Origin: Podarcis liolepis
Taxonomy: Eukaryota
Length of the DNA stretch: 64,000 nucleotides
Direction: 5' to 3' (one strand)
Assembly: GCA_965112155.1 (NCBI GenBank)
Contig: OZ218103.1
Below are positions 61,263 to 64,000 of this stretch, in pieces. A program made the translations under genes and the position numbers. The notes under the pieces are model-generated. The model saw nothing but the letters and a program-made list of their open reading frames with translations. It had not been told where the DNA came from and ran no database searches. How positions within the stretch are numbered: position 1 is the stretch's first letter; each line of letters opens with the position of its first letter.

Positions 61263-62791
61263 TATAAAAACAGTTATTATGTAGTAGACTAAGCCAGTCA
61301 AGAGTCTGGCAGCCCCTTTCTGCACCAGCTGTAACTTCTGAATAGTCTTCATCACAGTGCATTACAGTAATCTAACCAGGTTACGGGAGCAAGGAACCTT
61401 ATGGCCTCTGTGTATATGTATTTCTGTGTACAGTATATGTGTTAGTGCCTTCTTCTCCAATGAAACTGATTTGCATGCTTCCTTTTAACCTAGCAGAGGC
61501 AAAAGAAAGTATTGTACCAAATATAGCTAGTTTGGAAATGAAAAGGTTGCCACCAATACTAGTCCCACACAGAGATATTGGACATTACTAACTTAGGTTC
61601 AATAATTCCTACTCACAGTAGGAATAGCATTGGCTATAACCCAAAACATTTTGCATGGGCCTTAGTGTTATTTTACTTTTAACCCAACTTGCCAATAGTG
61701 ACTAGTACAAGTATTTAAAAGATTAACAGTGCATCCCTCAGCATGTTTACTTGTGCCTAGTTTAATCACTATACCACCCAGACTTGCTGTCCTTTATGAA
61801 AATTTCCAACTGTGATATCAGTACATTCACCCTAGGGAATAGATGCCTGACTTGCTTGTTCTGTTCTGTTCTGTTCTTTTCCTGTACTGAAGTTCAGTGC
61901 AATTTTTAGTGTAGTTTCTTTCTTAATGTTGACTAATGTCTTTCTTCTGTTTCCCACTTCCTCCTTTGATGGCACACGGATGTCATAGAATTGCTAAAGG
62001 AACTTCAGCCACTAAAGTATTTCTGTGTCTGTGTGCTACTTCAATAACTGTTTTGCTCACAGATTTTATCTCTCAGCTTGAATGCACATGGCCCACAAGG
62101 CAACGCATTGGCCTTTTTATTTATTTTTATTTTTTAAGATGGGGGGGTGTTACTCACCCTATCCCACCCACTGTCTTCACCCCTTCTAGTTAATGTTTGA
62201 CTTGTGATCATGTGCATGATACCTGATCCCGTTTCACTTTTTAAATCAGTGAAAAGCGATCCAGTTTCAAATTCACTTTCAAGCTGCATTGCACTTCCTC
62301 TGTTCTATAAATCATGCTATTGCTTTTAAACTTTTGATTAATAGCTAGATTTGCCACCATTTTTTACTAACCCTGCTCCTGTGCTGTTAACAGCAATCTA
62401 GCACACAGAAATTGATTTTCTGTAGCATTTCCTTACTTCCAGGAGAAAAGCACCCACAAAATGCTTCCTGCACCCACTTATTTATTTGTGCCTGGCTGCT
62501 GCTAAAGACACAGGAGCAGGACTAATTAAATGATATTTTTTAAAGCGTCAACCTTAAAAAAACATTTTTTTAAGGGCCAACCTCCCCCCTCTTCACATCT
62601 TCTTTTACCCTGTGCACTTACAATGTTTTATATAAAGGGTCAACCTAATAAACATTGCCAGTGTGATACAACAGAGGCAGTATCTGGTGTAGTAGTCAAA
62701 GTGTAGAAGTCAGTATCTGGTGAAAACCCCAATTCAAATCCCCACTCTGCTAGGACGTTTTGGACTTTGTATTCATATCATACATGTAAAG

Positions 62792-63018
62792 TGTTAAGTT
62801 GTGGGTGAACATATCAGACGACACAGCGATTCTTCAAACAGCTCTTCTTTATTCAGATGCCAGAACAGAACTGAACTGAAGGCCTCAGTCAGCCGGCTTA
62901 TATAGAGCTCCAGTACCTTGTTACTGTAACAACTTTCTAAAACTATCCAATCACTGAACGTCACTTTTGATCCTTCATTTGCATAACTATCTACAGTATC
63001 CCCCTTCAGTACATAACA
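62792..63018 (-). mobile_element. Solo LTR (227 bp)
   Basis: TG...CA with tgtta/taaca inverted ends; 5-bp TSD taaag at 62787-62791 and 63019-63023; minus-strand TATATAA followed by AATAAA. Confidence 0.85.
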
Positions 63019-64000
63019 TAAAGCACACAACTTCCCTAAATAACCCTGGGAACTGTAGCTTACCCCTCACAGAGCTACAGTTCCCAGCACCCTTAAGCAA
63101 AGTGAGGAGAAAACCTGGTATGGGCGCTGAAACTGTTCTGTTAGCACTGGTCAAAAATTCATTTTGGATAGTCTTAGAACAGGCGTGGCAATTGGAGTTG
63201 TCATGGTGAGCACCTGAAGTTCAGAATCTGCACATTTAAAGCACTTTGATACCATTTTAAACAGTCATGGCTTCCCCCAAATAATTCTGGGAGCTGCTGT
63301 TGGTTAAGGATACTGAGAGTCGTTAGGAGACCTCCAGTCCCCTACACAAAGCCACAATTCTCAGAGGGGTTTAACTGCCAATCCCTCTTCCCAGGGAACT
63401 CTGGATTCAGACCAGTATAACGCCTCCCTCTTCCCAAGTCTCCTGAATTACAGATATTCAGTGTTTTGCTATTCTAATTTAATCAATATTTCCACTGTAC
63501 AAGATAGAATATCAGTTCTTGCTTTCCCTCAAATGTTCCCCTTTCCTCAAATGCATCCCTAAAGGGTTGTCCTCTGAGCAAGAAACATATGGAAGCCGTA
63601 TACCACACCTCAAGCTGATGAAGTCACTGTCCGATTATGAGCATTTAGGCTGGGAATGAAAGACATGGTTGACAGAGAATTACTCATGAAGTCTTCCCTT
63701 TTAATAAGCTGGTGTGGGATGCTGTACAGAGGCCTTGGCATCAGCATGACTGATCATTTTTGAACTGGAGGAGGCCATTTTTTCTCATCTCTCTCCCATA
63801 TCTTTTTTTGTTGTTGTTGTTGTTGTAGAACGCTTTCTCTCAGGGAAAGGGTGAGGGAAGCCAATAGAAACGATATGAGATTATATGCTTCTCCTTTCAG
63901 GTTCACCTCTAGAATATGGAAACTGAAGTGTGTGGTTTTTTTGGGGGGGGCTAATTAGATCCATTTTCCTCCAACGGAGAAGAGAGACCCAGCTGATAAG

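Overview
This is eukaryotic DNA from a squamate, most likely a lacertid lizard; that call rests on the repeat content (Sauria SINEs, Squam3-like SINEs, a tRNA-Lys/CR1-tail SINE, BovB, L2, L1 and Penelope fragments). The first ~15.5 kb holds the 3' half of BCAS1 on the + strand. Five phase-0 coding exons (968-1195, 3865-4026, 4779-4844, 10190-10435, 12421-12495) splice in frame to end in [36 protein letters not shown], followed by a ~3 kb 3' UTR. The remaining ~48 kb has no recognisable host coding exon and is rich in transposable elements, many of them nested with clear target-site duplications. The most unusual observations are: (1) a Penelope-type minimal hammerhead ribozyme motif; (2) a perfect 62-bp fold-back Penelope insertion whose apex lies in that ribozyme core; (3) a 141-bp satellite-like dimer inserted into a BCAS1 intron; (4) a near-identical ~280-bp duplication attached to a decayed exon-like segment; (5) a Sauria SINE with a twin-priming-like inversion; (6) a tandemly duplicated CTCF-like motif; and (7) candidate alternative last exons that would remove the LC8-binding motif of BCAS1. 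I cannot show a wholly new biological system from the sequence alone. Repeat family names and the BCAS1 comparison are from recall, not database searches.
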